A stretch of 64,000 nucleotides of DNA, taken from contig OZ252239.1 in assembly GCA_965249485.1 (NCBI GenBank), positions 2,816,001-2,880,000 on the forward strand. The letters are read 5' to 3'. Made by a program: the position numbers and the translations under genes. Origin of the DNA: a bacterium (lineage in GTDB: Bacteria > SM23-31). This document shows positions 9,745-19,841 of this stretch, piece by piece. Under the pieces are notes generated by a model. The model was given only the letters and a program-made list of their open reading frames with translations, made no database searches and was not told the DNA's origin. Numbering within the stretch: the first letter of the stretch is position 1; the number at the start of each line of letters is the position of its first letter.

Positions 9745-10770
9745 TCAAATACGGTATTTGTCCAGCTCATCATCTGATAGAGGCGAGACGTGAAACATTT
9801 GTTGTAAACCTTTATTATCTTTTCCGGTCCACCACTTAATTTCAACACGTTGAGCATCTTTGACTTTACTATAGCGTGCTGCAATTCCCCCGGCAAACAT
9901 TTTATTCTCTTCGGTGCAATTTCCCAGCAGGTATACAAACGTACTGCTGGAACCATTAACCGTGAATACTGGCATCGATTTATCGCAGAGTGCTTTAAGC
10001 ATCTTATTTTCTTTTTCGGTTCTTCCTGATATTATTTTCGTACCGTCCTCAAGCCTGAAGTGGCGACCATATTTGAGCCGTGATACATCTTTCAAATCGC
10101 TTTCGTCATGTTTAAATGCATCTCGAAGTCTTTCGGAAAATGATTCATCCGCAAGCATACAACCGCCAGCTGGAGAAGGATAGTCCGAAATTCCAAACTG
10201 ATCAGCAAGTTCCATCTGTCTTTTTCTGCTTCTGCCCTGTATGCCTAATAATTTTTCTCTGTCGATTTTACCTTCTTGTTCTGCTATAGTCGGCTTCATA
10301 AGTTTTGCAGAGAGTGGGCGTAATAACTTGCCTTCGAGATCAGCCTCTTTTTCTATTACTCCCATTGCCCTATTATGTTGCGACATTGGCCGCTGACCGA
10401 GAACCTCACCAGTAAAAACAACATCAGCACCGATTTCATCCATGACCGTTTTTGCTTTTTTCAACATATAAATTCTACAGTCAATGCAGATATTCATGTT
10501 TTTACCATGACCGTTCGGCGGTTTTTGAACTAATGAGACATAATCCTGACCCGTATATTCACGACGGTAGTCAATTTTTAAATTTGCAGATTTACGAGTC
10601 GTCGTACATTTACTGTCACCGGTACAATTGCAAAAAGGTGTTTCTATATTCAGAGCTGTAACTTCATACTCCTGATCGGACATCAGGCGAACAGCGAGTG
10701 TGCTGTCCAGTCCACCAGAAAAAAGTCCAACAGCTCTTTTTTTCCCGTTCTTACTTGGTTTTTTTGTCAT
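9745..10770 (-). CDS. ThiI/MnmA-like PP-loop tRNA thiolation-family ATPase with C-terminal DUF814-like domain
   Basis: SGGLDS PP-loop, CIDC, TGEVLGQRPMSQ, PAGGC and GRHFRL. Confidence 0.8.
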   Translation of the reverse strand: MTKKPSKNGKKRAVGLFSGGLDSTLAVRLMSDQEYEVTALNIETPFCNCTGDSKCTTTRKSANLKIDYRREYTGQDYVSLVQKPPNGHGKNMNICIDCRIYMLKKAKTVMDEIGADVVFTGEVLGQRPMSQHNRAMGVIEKEADLEGKLLRPLSAKLMKPTIAEQEGKIDREKLLGIQGRSRKRQMELADQFGISDYPSPAGGCMLADESFSERLRDAFKHDESDLKDVSRLKYGRHFRLEDGTKIISGRTEKENKMLKALCDKSMPVFTVNGSSSTFVYLLGNCTEENKMFAGGIAARYSKVKDAQRVEIKWWTGKDNKGLQQMFHVSPLSDDELDKYRI

Positions 10771-11008
10771 AATCTATATATATTTTATAGTAAAAGAGAT
10801 ATTTCTGAAGGGCATTGATGTAATGAGCAGGAAAAACGCATAACGGCAAATGCCCATTTGTAAATTCGTCAATTTTAACAATTTTTGCTAATAATAGCAA
10901 CTATTATTTATCTTGATTAGAAAAAGGAATTCATGTATTTTCAGACTATTACTAATCAATTTTCCAAACCTAATATATTGCAGTTACAATTAACACTAAA
11001 AATACGTT

Positions 11009-11290
11009 ATGGAAGAGTTCAATTCAAACGATCCGGTCGAATATCCAGTGACTGATGAGCTTGACCTGCACACATTTCATCCTTCTGATGTACACTCTGT
11101 CGTTGATGAATATATACGGGTTTGTCATGAAAAGGGTTTTACTAAAGTTCGCGTCATACATGGAAAAGGTAAAAGCGTACTAAAACATACCGTTCATAAA
11201 GCTCTGAAAAATAATCCACTTGTCGATCATTTTCACGATGCTCCACCCCATGCAGGCGGGTGGGGTGCAACGATTGTTATTCTCACATAG
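11009..11290 (+). CDS. Stand-alone Smr domain protein
   Basis: Motifs ELDLH, VIHGKG and GGWGAT. Confidence 0.9.
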   Translation: MEEFNSNDPVEYPVTDELDLHTFHPSDVHSVVDEYIRVCHEKGFTKVRVIHGKGKSVLKHTVHKALKNNPLVDHFHDAPPHAGGWGATIVILT

Positions 11291-11328
11291 AACCATACAT
11301 ACTATATCAATATCAATAATTTTGCATC

Positions 11329-11399
11329 TACTCATGCATTGCCATAAAAAAACCCCGGCATAACGTTTGCCGGGGTTTTTTTATGGCAATGCATGAGTA
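11329..11399. terminator. Bidirectional terminator within a 32-bp perfect inverted repeat
   Basis: tactcatgcattgccataaaaaaaccccggca, 7-nt loop taacgtt, then the exact reverse complement; lies between convergent genes. Confidence 0.85.
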
Positions 11400-11400
11400 A

Positions 11401-12498
11401 CTATTTTCGAATAACTTTTCTCGTTCCTCCGGAAGAACTTCCTGACGGACGTGCACTTCCTCTCGAAGAACTGCCTGAGCGGGATGCTGTACCAGATCGA
11501 ACCTGAGAGTTCCCTCGCTGAGGCGATCTTACTACAGTTTTTGCTGATTTATTACCACTCTTTGAAGAACGTTTCTGTCCTGACTTCAGTGAAGCGGAAC
11601 CTGATGAAGCTTTCCGCTTAGATGATCGGTTATATGAAGTACCCTGACTACTTTTCTTCTTGGTGGTCGTCCTTTTTGTCACAGTCCTTTTGCCAGAGGA
11701 GGAGGATGAAGAACTCCCAGATGAGGATGACTTTTTAGTTGACGTTCTGGTTACTGTCCGGCTTCCTGTTGATTTTGAGGAACCGGATGAGGAGGTGTTT
11801 CCACGGTTTACTGTTTTACTTGAACCGTTTGCATTGGTTCTACTTTTTGTTGTCGAACGGGTAACGGTACGTTTTTTCGAGGCACTGGATTGCCCATCCT
11901 GTGAACTTGACCCTTCCTTAGCAACGACAGTCGAACCGGATTGTCTCACTGCCGGAGCAGAATCCGATCCACGGGTTACCACTCTCCTGCCTGTATACGT
12001 TCCTCTTTTGGCAAAATCGCGTTTTGTTTGAATCACAGCGTTCGTAGCATAAACCGGATAATAACCGCCTACATAGTAAGGATAACCCAAAAATCCTGAA
12101 TAGCCATTATATTGCCTCCCATAAAATCCAAATGGCTGATAGAAGGGGTGCTGATAGTAATTATATGGGCTGTAATTGAATCCGAAATAAAAATCAAATC
12201 TATTAGGATAGTAGTATGCGTTAAGATCCCAATATGGGTCTCCAAAGGCATGCGGAGTGTAATGACCTAAATTCCTCCAATACAAAGGGTGATGATAAGA
12301 GCGGTAATCGTAATTATTATACTGGTAATCATACTCACCTTCATATTCATCCTCATCTTCGTAATACTCTTCATTTTCATAATCGGATGAGTATTCTTCA
12401 TCAACCGGTGGCAATACTACTGTATAACAGCCGCTTGCAAATATCGCGTATGCCATTACAAAAGTGAGTAAAAGATATCCTGTCTTAGATGATTTCAT
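11401..12498 (-). CDS. Putative lipoprotein with Tyr-rich core and Ser/Lys/Arg-rich disordered tail
   Basis: ATG at 12498 after GAAGGGAG; lipobox-like IFASG|C; low-complexity composition. Confidence 0.7.
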   Translation of the reverse strand: MKSSKTGYLLLTFVMAYAIFASGCYTVVLPPVDEEYSSDYENEEYYEDEDEYEGEYDYQYNNYDYRSYHHPLYWRNLGHYTPHAFGDPYWDLNAYYYPNRFDFYFGFNYSPYNYYQHPFYQPFGFYGRQYNGYSGFLGYPYYVGGYYPVYATNAVIQTKRDFAKRGTYTGRRVVTRGSDSAPAVRQSGSTVVAKEGSSSQDGQSSASKKRTVTRSTTKSRTNANGSSKTVNRGNTSSSGSSKSTGSRTVTRTSTKKSSSSGSSSSSSSGKRTVTKRTTTKKKSSQGTSYNRSSKRKASSGSASLKSGQKRSSKSGNKSAKTVVRSPQRGNSQVRSGTASRSGSSSRGSARPSGSSSGGTRKVIRK

Positions 12499-12594
12499 TT
12501 TGCTCCCTTCCGAGGAAATGAAACCTACCTCTATTATTTTTAACAAAAATTAACAACAAAAAGATTCACTGATTACAACTTTTTTCGAAATAAA

Positions 12595-12810
12595 TCACAA
12601 TAACTTTTCACTTATCTTATCTCCAAGAGAAGGACTTATAAAAATAATCCCAAGCACAAGGCAAATGAATCCGGGAATAATCGGTACCAAAAGGCCAAGC
12701 AATCCAATAAGCACAAGAGGCAATCCTAGCCATTTTCTTAACTTTCTGAATTCCATTATCTGGGTAACTAACGGCAATTTATCTTCTCTTTTACTGTTTG
12801 AATTATCCAT
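12595..12810 (-). CDS. Small membrane protein (PGPGW-like)
   Basis: Hydrophobic hairpin GLLGLLVPIIPGFICLVLG. Confidence 0.6.
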   Translation of the reverse strand: MDNSNSKREDKLPLVTQIMEFRKLRKWLGLPLVLIGLLGLLVPIIPGFICLVLGIIFISPSLGDKISEKLL

Positions 12811-12930
12811 CTTCCACTCGCAAAGGCAATTTCAGTTTTTTAATAATGCCATCTATTATAAATACAGTATACTCATTAAAATATTCCATTATAAATAACT
12901 AATTTAGTTGGAAAATAGTAATCATATGTT

Positions 12931-13791
12931 CTATTCAACCGTACTATCAGGAGACTGTTGAATTGTCCTGTTGAGAAGCTGCAAATCCTCTATACCTGAT
13001 CTACTCAATACCAACCGCCCAATCATGGTAGCTTCAGAACCGAGATTTTCAATTTGTTCATTATTAAAATAAAGATCAAATCCTGTCGACTTTCCTACTC
13101 TTAGGCTAATCGTACTAAAACCACTCCACATCTGTGTTTCACCGGGATTCAATAAATATTCACGCTGTTCGTTAGCATCTACAGTGACAGAGAGCCACAA
13201 CTGTTCATGTGTCACCAGTCTAAGTGTTAAAGGTGATACAAGTGCCTGCTGCTGTTCCTCATTTATTTTAATGTTCTCAGATTGTAATAGCGGTTGTGAC
13301 TGCGGCGATTCAACCTGTACAACAGCTTGTTCCTCATACGGTGTAAACAATTTTTGCATAAGAAGTACAACAATCAGCAGAGCAGCAATCATCCCTATAA
13401 CTGGAATGGTTTTCACCGATCTGCTTTTTGTGAGAGAAATGCGGTTCTTTGAATCGTTTTGAGAATTGAAAGAAGCAGTATCTGACAATTCTCTTACCTG
13501 TGCAGTTTCATGCGCACTAACATAAACCGCACCAAGCGATGCTTTTTCTTGATTGAAATATTTCTCTTTAATCTCCTCCGCATTCAAACTTATAGCTTGT
13601 GCATATGTTTTAAGGAAAGCCAATACATAAGGACCTTGCAGAAAGTCAAACTCATCGCCTTCAATGTGTTGTAGATAGCTTACATTTATTTTTGTAGTTG
13701 CTGAAATTGATTCCAAACTTAAATTTTGTTCTTCGCGAGTCCGTCGCAATATCGTACCTAAACTAACAATATTCTTATCCATTGATCTCAA
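12931..13791 (-). CDS. rodZ: RodZ-like protein (HTH, TM, DUF4115)
   Basis: N-terminal HTH LGTILRRTREEQNLSLESISATTKI, single TM, C-terminal WLSVTVD and L.PGE. Confidence 0.85.
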   Translation of the reverse strand: MRSMDKNIVSLGTILRRTREEQNLSLESISATTKINVSYLQHIEGDEFDFLQGPYVLAFLKTYAQAISLNAEEIKEKYFNQEKASLGAVYVSAHETAQVRELSDTASFNSQNDSKNRISLTKSRSVKTIPVIGMIAALLIVVLLMQKLFTPYEEQAVVQVESPQSQPLLQSENIKINEEQQQALVSPLTLRLVTHEQLWLSVTVDANEQREYLLNPGETQMWSGFSTISLRVGKSTGFDLYFNNEQIENLGSEATMIGRLVLSRSGIEDLQLLNRTIQQSPDSTVE

Positions 13792-14386
13792 TTTCCAGCG
13801 TTTTTTTGAATTCTTTCATGAGTCTGTAAAATGTATTTACAGGGAATCCAACTACATTAAAATAACATCCGTTAATCCCAATTATGAATTGAGATGCGAT
13901 TCCCTGAATTGCATATCCCCCCGCTTTATCACGATATTCCCGTGTATCGACATACCAGTTCACCTCTTCTTCAGTCATAACCGAAAATGACACCTCTGAG
14001 ACGGCAACCGCAGATTTTTTTAATCCCGATGTGCTATCTGTTAAACATATCCCAGTATATACATGATGTTTTGCCCCTTGAAGGATAGTTATCATCCGGA
14101 CTGCATCATCACGATCTTTTGGCTTTTCCATTATTTCCTTTTTACAGTAAACAATAGTATCAGCAGTTATTATTAAACCATGAGTATAATGAGAAGCTGG
14201 CTCAATGGCTTTCTGCTCCGCAAGGTTTACGACATATTCCCATGGAGGAAGATCGGGGAATTTCTGTACAGACACATTTCCCAGATACACCTCGAACGGA
14301 ATAGAAAGATTTGTAAGAATTTCCTGTCGACGAGGTGATTGTGATGCTAATATTATAGGCTGAAAAAAGGATAGTAAATGCTTCAT
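13775..14386 (-). CDS. maf: Maf/YhdE nucleoside-triphosphate pyrophosphatase
   Basis: Motifs ILASQSPRR, ADTIV and DKAGGYAIQG. Confidence 0.93.
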   Translation of the reverse strand: MKHLLSFFQPIILASQSPRRQEILTNLSIPFEVYLGNVSVQKFPDLPPWEYVVNLAEQKAIEPASHYTHGLIITADTIVYCKKEIMEKPKDRDDAVRMITILQGAKHHVYTGICLTDSTSGLKKSAVAVSEVSFSVMTEEEVNWYVDTREYRDKAGGYAIQGIASQFIIGINGCYFNVVGFPVNTFYRLMKEFKKTLEIEING

Positions 14387-14700
14387 GTCTTACGTAATGT
14401 AGCAAATCAGCATGAATCTGACAATTGCATCAAATAAATGTTATAATAAATTTGTCGTCTATTATATTTGTGAAAATAACCGGGATAATAATTGAATAAA
14501 TATAGACAAGATTCGATCAAAAATCAACTATTTGAATTTTTCCAAAGAACTATTTATGCAAAAGAAATGTTTTTACTTGGGTAATGGAACATTTTTAGTA
14601 TATTTAAGTTTGATGATAAGGAAACTTTTCAAAACGTACTCCTCAACACATCATTATGTCGTATTGACATGAGTGTTAGTAGGATGAAAGGAAATTTTAC

Positions 14701-16293
14701 ATGAATACCCGCCGTTATATTGCAGCAGGACTTGGTATAACTCTCTTATTTTCTGCATTGTTTTTTGGTTTTAAAGTGATTAATGCTTTTGACAAACGTG
14801 CGGAATTGTTTCTTAAAACAAAAATATTCACGGAAGCATTAGTACATATAACCGACGAGTATGTCGATGATATTGATTCCGATGTACTCGTCGATAAAGC
14901 AATAAATGCAATGATCGAGGAACTCGATCCTCATAGTAATTATGTGCCGGCAAATGCTTATGGACGGATGACCGATCAATTTTTAGGCTATCAGGGAATT
15001 GGTATCACTTTCAGAATGTTAGACGACAAAATAACAGTTATTAGCGTTCTTCGGGATGGCCCCTCTGAACGTGCCGGATTAAAGCTTGGTGACAGAATTA
15101 TTAAAATTGAAGGACAGGACGCTCTGGGTATCGATCAGAACATTGTTCCGACAATGTTGAAAGGCCCGACCGGCACCAAAGTCTCGGTAACAATTGAACG
15201 ATACGGTGACGAAGAGCCATTTGATGTTACAATTACGAGAGGGCAAGCGTTTTTAGAATCGCTTAAATACTATTTTATGATGGATGATGAGACTGGTTAT
15301 ATCAAGCTTAAAAGATTTGCCCGAACATCAGACACTGAGCTTGAGCGAGTACTGCGCCGTCTGGAAGGTCAGGGAATGAAACGACTTGTGTTTGATTTGC
15401 GTCAAAACACAGGGGGATTGCTACCGCAGGCTGTTGATATTTCTGACCGTTTTTTAAAAGGAAATAAACTCATTGTAAAAACAAAAGGAAGGCACCCAAC
15501 CTCAAACTCTGAGTATAGCTCAACAGATAGCAGGTTTGATGTAGATATACCGATGCTCATACTCATTGATGGGTCTTCGGCAAGTGCCTCGGAAATTGTA
15601 TCTGGAGCACTTCAGGATTGGGATCGAGCTATCATAGTAGGTAAATCCTCTTTTGGTAAAGGGTTGGTTCAGTCCCAGATCCAGTTTGACGACGAATCTG
15701 CATTGCTGCTGACAATCGGCAGGTGGTATACTCCTTTAGGACGATTGATTCAAAAAGACTATGAAAACAAATCTCGTCAGCAATATAGAAGTGACTCGCT
15801 TAATGATTCTTTAAATACTGTACAGAAGAACAATGCTGAACGTCCTGTTTTTGTTTCCCCACAGGGAAGGAAAGTGTACGGAGGAGGAGGAATAACACCT
15901 GATTACGAATTAGAATCAGAACTGTCGGCAACTGAATTTGTTTCGGGCTTCTACTCAAAAGTAAATAACGATCCAATATTTAATTTTTCACAGAAATATG
16001 CATTCAATCATAAAGAAACTTGGAATAATGTTGATGAATTTGTTCAAGGTTTTTCCATTCAGACTGACGATTTGGAGACATTCAAATCGATGCTCGAAGA
16101 AGGAGAATTTGAATTTACGGATGAGGACTTTACTGAAGAAGTCATAAGCGAGCTCGAATTACGGTTCAGAAGACAAATCGGGGAATTCCTGTGGGGTAAC
16201 GAAGGGTGGATAAAATCATCCTCGATAATAGATGATGTGCTATGGAAATCTTTAGACTACTTCCCGGAAGCAGAAAAGCTTATTAATTATTAA
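14701..16293 (+). CDS. S41 family carboxyl-terminal processing peptidase
   Basis: LDPHS, PDZ domain, DLRQNTGG, SASASEI and GKGLVQ. Confidence 0.92.
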   Translation: MNTRRYIAAGLGITLLFSALFFGFKVINAFDKRAELFLKTKIFTEALVHITDEYVDDIDSDVLVDKAINAMIEELDPHSNYVPANAYGRMTDQFLGYQGIGITFRMLDDKITVISVLRDGPSERAGLKLGDRIIKIEGQDALGIDQNIVPTMLKGPTGTKVSVTIERYGDEEPFDVTITRGQAFLESLKYYFMMDDETGYIKLKRFARTSDTELERVLRRLEGQGMKRLVFDLRQNTGGLLPQAVDISDRFLKGNKLIVKTKGRHPTSNSEYSSTDSRFDVDIPMLILIDGSSASASEIVSGALQDWDRAIIVGKSSFGKGLVQSQIQFDDESALLLTIGRWYTPLGRLIQKDYENKSRQQYRSDSLNDSLNTVQKNNAERPVFVSPQGRKVYGGGGITPDYELESELSATEFVSGFYSKVNNDPIFNFSQKYAFNHKETWNNVDEFVQGFSIQTDDLETFKSMLEEGEFEFTDEDFTEEVISELELRFRRQIGEFLWGNEGWIKSSSIIDDVLWKSLDYFPEAEKLINY

Positions 16294-16328
16294 CAATTTC
16301 TCTTAATCATTTTGTTGTAGCTTCTTTT

Positions 16329-16357
16329 AAAGGGAAGGGCGCCTGCTCTTCCCTTTT
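16329..16357. terminator. Bidirectional intrinsic terminator
   Basis: aaagggaagggc-gcct-gctcttcccttt between convergent genes. Confidence 0.75.
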
Positions 16358-16358
16358 C

Positions 16359-17444
16359 TTATACATTAAACCTGAAATGAATGATATCACCATCTTGAAC
16401 AATATAATCTTTTCCTTCCAATCTCAAGCATCCATTTTCTTTAGATTTAACAAAACCGCCATAGCGCATAAAATCGTCAAAAGTGACAACTTCTCCACGA
16501 ATGAATCCCCGATCCATATCGGTATGAATGGTGCCACCTGCCTTATTGGCCGCAGCACCGTGTTCCACAATCCAACTTTGCGCAATTTTTTCAGATGCTG
16601 TCAGAAACCTGATTAACTGCATAGTCTTCATCAAAAGTTTGGTTAACAATACTTGAGCTGGTAGCTCAATCTTGAGTTCATTCCGAAATTCATCCCGCTC
16701 ACTTTCTGCCAAATCTAGAAGCTCTGCTTCTGTTAGGCCGCTGATCACCTCAAATGTTCCTTTCTGAGCCGGATAACTGTTTTCAAAACGCTGAATCCAC
16801 GTTAAACGATTATTGATTTCTGACTCATCCGTATTTATAATCGTGATGCGCGGCTTTATTGTCAGAAATTGAAATCCACGAAGCATTTTTTCACCACTCT
16901 TATCTAAATCAAGAGCTGTAAGTGGCTTTTCTTCTTCAAGAAACTCTTTGCACCTTTCAAGCAGTTCAGGTTCAGCCGGCTGATAGAAATCCTTAATTTT
17001 GTTTTTCATTTTTTCAATACGCTCAAGCCGGTTTTCTATAATGGTAAGGTCCAGCAGAATCATTTCTGCGTCGAGTGTATTTTTTTCCCGTACAGGATCG
17101 GGACAGTCTCCCTCAAATGGTACAGTAGGATTAGAAAACTGCCGCACAACCTGGATGAGAGCATCACAATATTTGATTTTTTCAATAATTTGTGTAATAT
17201 CTGATTTAACTGATTGTTTCCCGGTCTGCAACGGCGGCAAGTCCGATATCATCATTGAAGGGTTGACAAGCTTTTTTGTGTTGAGGACAGATTGAATTGC
17301 AGTAAGACGTTCGTCAGGTACTTCCAGCACGCCTTGTCTATCTTCTATACCATCCTGGTATCCCGACGTACTATGGTGACCAGTTAATACATCAAAAAAA
17401 GTTGATTTCCCTGAATTCTTGAGACCGACAAGACCTATCTGCAT
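16359..17444 (-). CDS. YchF-like OBG-family NTPase (divergent)
   Basis: GLKNSGKST P-loop; C-terminal IHTDMDRGFIRGEV and LEGKDYIVQDGDIIHFRFNV. Confidence 0.85.
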   Translation of the reverse strand: MQIGLVGLKNSGKSTFFDVLTGHHSTSGYQDGIEDRQGVLEVPDERLTAIQSVLNTKKLVNPSMMISDLPPLQTGKQSVKSDITQIIEKIKYCDALIQVVRQFSNPTVPFEGDCPDPVREKNTLDAEMILLDLTIIENRLERIEKMKNKIKDFYQPAEPELLERCKEFLEEEKPLTALDLDKSGEKMLRGFQFLTIKPRITIINTDESEINNRLTWIQRFENSYPAQKGTFEVISGLTEAELLDLAESERDEFRNELKIELPAQVLLTKLLMKTMQLIRFLTASEKIAQSWIVEHGAAANKAGGTIHTDMDRGFIRGEVVTFDDFMRYGGFVKSKENGCLRLEGKDYIVQDGDIIHFRFNV

Positions 17445-17692
17445 ATCTGCAATTTCTCCAATAATTTTTTGCTATCAATTGTATATTTAAAGGCTTTCCG
17501 GTCGTTAATATACAGGACCGGTATCTCTTCTTTGAATCTGTCAAACAAATCAGGATTCTTTGTTATATCTATTTCTGCGTAGTGAAAAACTGTATTCTGT
17601 GATGCAACTTTGAGTACATCTTTTGCTTTTTCACAAAGTGAACAGTCCTCTTTTGTATAAAGCGTAACATAAGGGATAGTAGTATGTGCCAT
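17435..17692 (-). CDS. Glutaredoxin-like (DUF836) protein
   Basis: YTKEDCSLC and EIPVL motifs. Confidence 0.8.
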   Translation of the reverse strand: MAHTTIPYVTLYTKEDCSLCEKAKDVLKVASQNTVFHYAEIDITKNPDLFDRFKEEIPVLYINDRKAFKYTIDSKKLLEKLQICR

Positions 17693-17708
17693 GTGACTGC
17701 TTAACAAA

Positions 17709-18713
17709 TTAAGATTCGGTAATTTTTAACGAAGGATCTGCAGCAAAATTATATGATTCCGATCCCATTCCTTGTAATTTTCTATAACCAACATAGGCAA
17801 TCATTGCGGCATTATCTGTACAAAACTGTTGAGAAGGGATGGAAATCATTATGCCGAGAGTGTCGGCTGCAGAGGTAATCGACGCTTTTAATGCACTATT
17901 TGCCGCCACGCCACCTCCTATAACAACTGCAGGAATATTATACTCCCGAGAAGCACGAATTGTTTTTTCAATCAATGTCTCAACTGCAGCTTTTTGAAAG
18001 CTTGCAGCTATATCAGCTGCGTGATCTATTCGTTCCTGATCAGAAAGTTTATTCAAATAATAGAGCACCGCCGTTTTCAATCCACTATAACTAAAATTAT
18101 ATGAATTATCTTTTAATGCAGGACGCGGGAATTTATAGTAATCGGGATTTCCTGATTTACTCAATCTGTCTATTGCCGGACCACCTGGATATTCCAAGCC
18201 AAGCATCTTGGCAATTTTGTCAAATGCTTCACCAACAGCGTCATCATATGTCTGCCCTAACAATTTGTATTTTCCAAAATCATTCACAAACCATAACTGG
18301 GTATGACCGCCCGAAACAATAAGGCCGATAAACGGAAGTGTTATTTCCGAAGATTCAAAAACATAAGACCATAAATGTGCTTCAATATGGTTAACACCAA
18401 CAATTGGAAGACTTCGAGAAAATGCAGCAGCTTTCGCATAAGAAACACCAACTAACAGCGATCCAATAAGACCAGGTCCACGGGTAACTGCAATTCCTTC
18501 AACATCACTCCAGGAACATCCTCCTTTGGAAAACACTTTATTGACAACAGTGGTGATTTTCAAAAGATGCTCACGTGAAGCAAGTTCAGGGATCACACCC
18601 CAGAATTCCTCATGAACCATCTGCGTTACGGTTACGTTCCCCAGAAGTTTCTTTCCATCAAATAGGGCCGCGGAGGTCTCATCACACGACGTTTCAATAC
18701 CGAGTATAAGCAT
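17709..18713 (-). CDS. tsaD: tRNA threonylcarbamoyltransferase TsaD
   Basis: Motifs GIETSCDET, VNHIEAH, VSGGHT and TDNAAMI. Confidence 0.97.
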   Translation of the reverse strand: MLILGIETSCDETSAALFDGKKLLGNVTVTQMVHEEFWGVIPELASREHLLKITTVVNKVFSKGGCSWSDVEGIAVTRGPGLIGSLLVGVSYAKAAAFSRSLPIVGVNHIEAHLWSYVFESSEITLPFIGLIVSGGHTQLWFVNDFGKYKLLGQTYDDAVGEAFDKIAKMLGLEYPGGPAIDRLSKSGNPDYYKFPRPALKDNSYNFSYSGLKTAVLYYLNKLSDQERIDHAADIAASFQKAAVETLIEKTIRASREYNIPAVVIGGGVAANSALKASITSAADTLGIMISIPSQQFCTDNAAMIAYVGYRKLQGMGSESYNFAADPSLKITES

Positions 18714-18764
18714 TATTTCACTACACCATGATAAGTAATTGACATTTATAGAATTAATGAAAGT

Positions 18765-19724
18765 TTATTTTAATTCAACCGTAATACTTGAAGGAGTTAT
18801 TTCAAAATCGAGGATTTCATCTGGTAATACAAGAGTAACCGGTGCAAAATATTCTCCACCACGTATCCAGCTTCTGTCAAATACAACAGTCGGAATAAAA
18901 TCATTAACTGTTAAATTTTTAATATAGTCGACACCGCCGGTTATTCGTATGGACAATGTAGAAGGTTTAATTTCAATAGCGTATGTTGAGGGATTACGAG
19001 TAATAACAATCGGAATATTATTTATTACTTTTTCTCCGATTTTTTGAATATCCGTACTAACAATAACAGAATTATGGGAATATGAAACCAATTTATTATC
19101 TAATAACTGCAGATCAACAGATTCAGAAAAATCATTATTTTTATCTTCAAAAACTTTAGCCGCAGTCGGAATATCATAGAGTTCACGCAATATACGTCTC
19201 GGACCGGTTATGGATATAGAGTCGGGTTGAAACATTACATCACCAACCTTATAGAATCCGTTCGATACTGATACAGAAACATTTATATCTGACACCGGTA
19301 CTTTTAACGAATCAAGATAATCAAGATCAACAACAATATTGTCCGGATATAATATACTATTGACTGTAATGGTGTTTTCAAAACCGCGCGGTACCGAAAC
19401 CCAAGATAAGTAATTTTCCAGAATAAGATCAAAGTGGCTTGATATAGTTTGAAAATCGACATTAAATGTCAAATCTGATTTCCAAAATAAATTGAGCCAC
19501 ATTAGGTCGACGCCGCGCCCCGATACATTTAGCGTAATAGTCTTAGGAAGCTGCGATGCAAGCGTTCTTCCCTCTTGGATATTGACCGGGACAACTCTGC
19601 ACTCAATCTCGTTGGAGTAGGTCTCATTCAGCGTGACATAAAACCACAAAAAGCAAGCGAGGGCAATTGTTTCGATTTTCAGCCTGAGAATTGAACCCTG
19701 TTTTTTAAACAAAGAAACCTTCAT
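18765..19724 (-). CDS. YbbR/CdaR-like repeat membrane protein
   Basis: N-terminal TM (LACFLWFYV) and three P..I.I.G repeats. Confidence 0.75.
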   Translation of the reverse strand: MKVSLFKKQGSILRLKIETIALACFLWFYVTLNETYSNEIECRVVPVNIQEGRTLASQLPKTITLNVSGRGVDLMWLNLFWKSDLTFNVDFQTISSHFDLILENYLSWVSVPRGFENTITVNSILYPDNIVVDLDYLDSLKVPVSDINVSVSVSNGFYKVGDVMFQPDSISITGPRRILRELYDIPTAAKVFEDKNNDFSESVDLQLLDNKLVSYSHNSVIVSTDIQKIGEKVINNIPIVITRNPSTYAIEIKPSTLSIRITGGVDYIKNLTVNDFIPTVVFDRSWIRGGEYFAPVTLVLPDEILDFEITPSSITVELK

Positions 19725-19841
19725 GCTAGTATGCAGAAGTAACTATTGTTGCTGTTTATCAAAATGCAGAGCACATAGTGCGATAGTTGAATTATATGAT
19801 ATTTCCAATAGATAACCTACCCCCTGCGCTCAAGAGCTCAC

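Noticed and set aside
10810..10856. gggcatt...aatgccc stem upstream of the PP-loop gene as a riboswitch
   Set aside because: No recognisable aptamer consensus.
11660..12031. 123-aa plus-strand ORF
   Set aside because: Shadow of the low-complexity lipoprotein tail.
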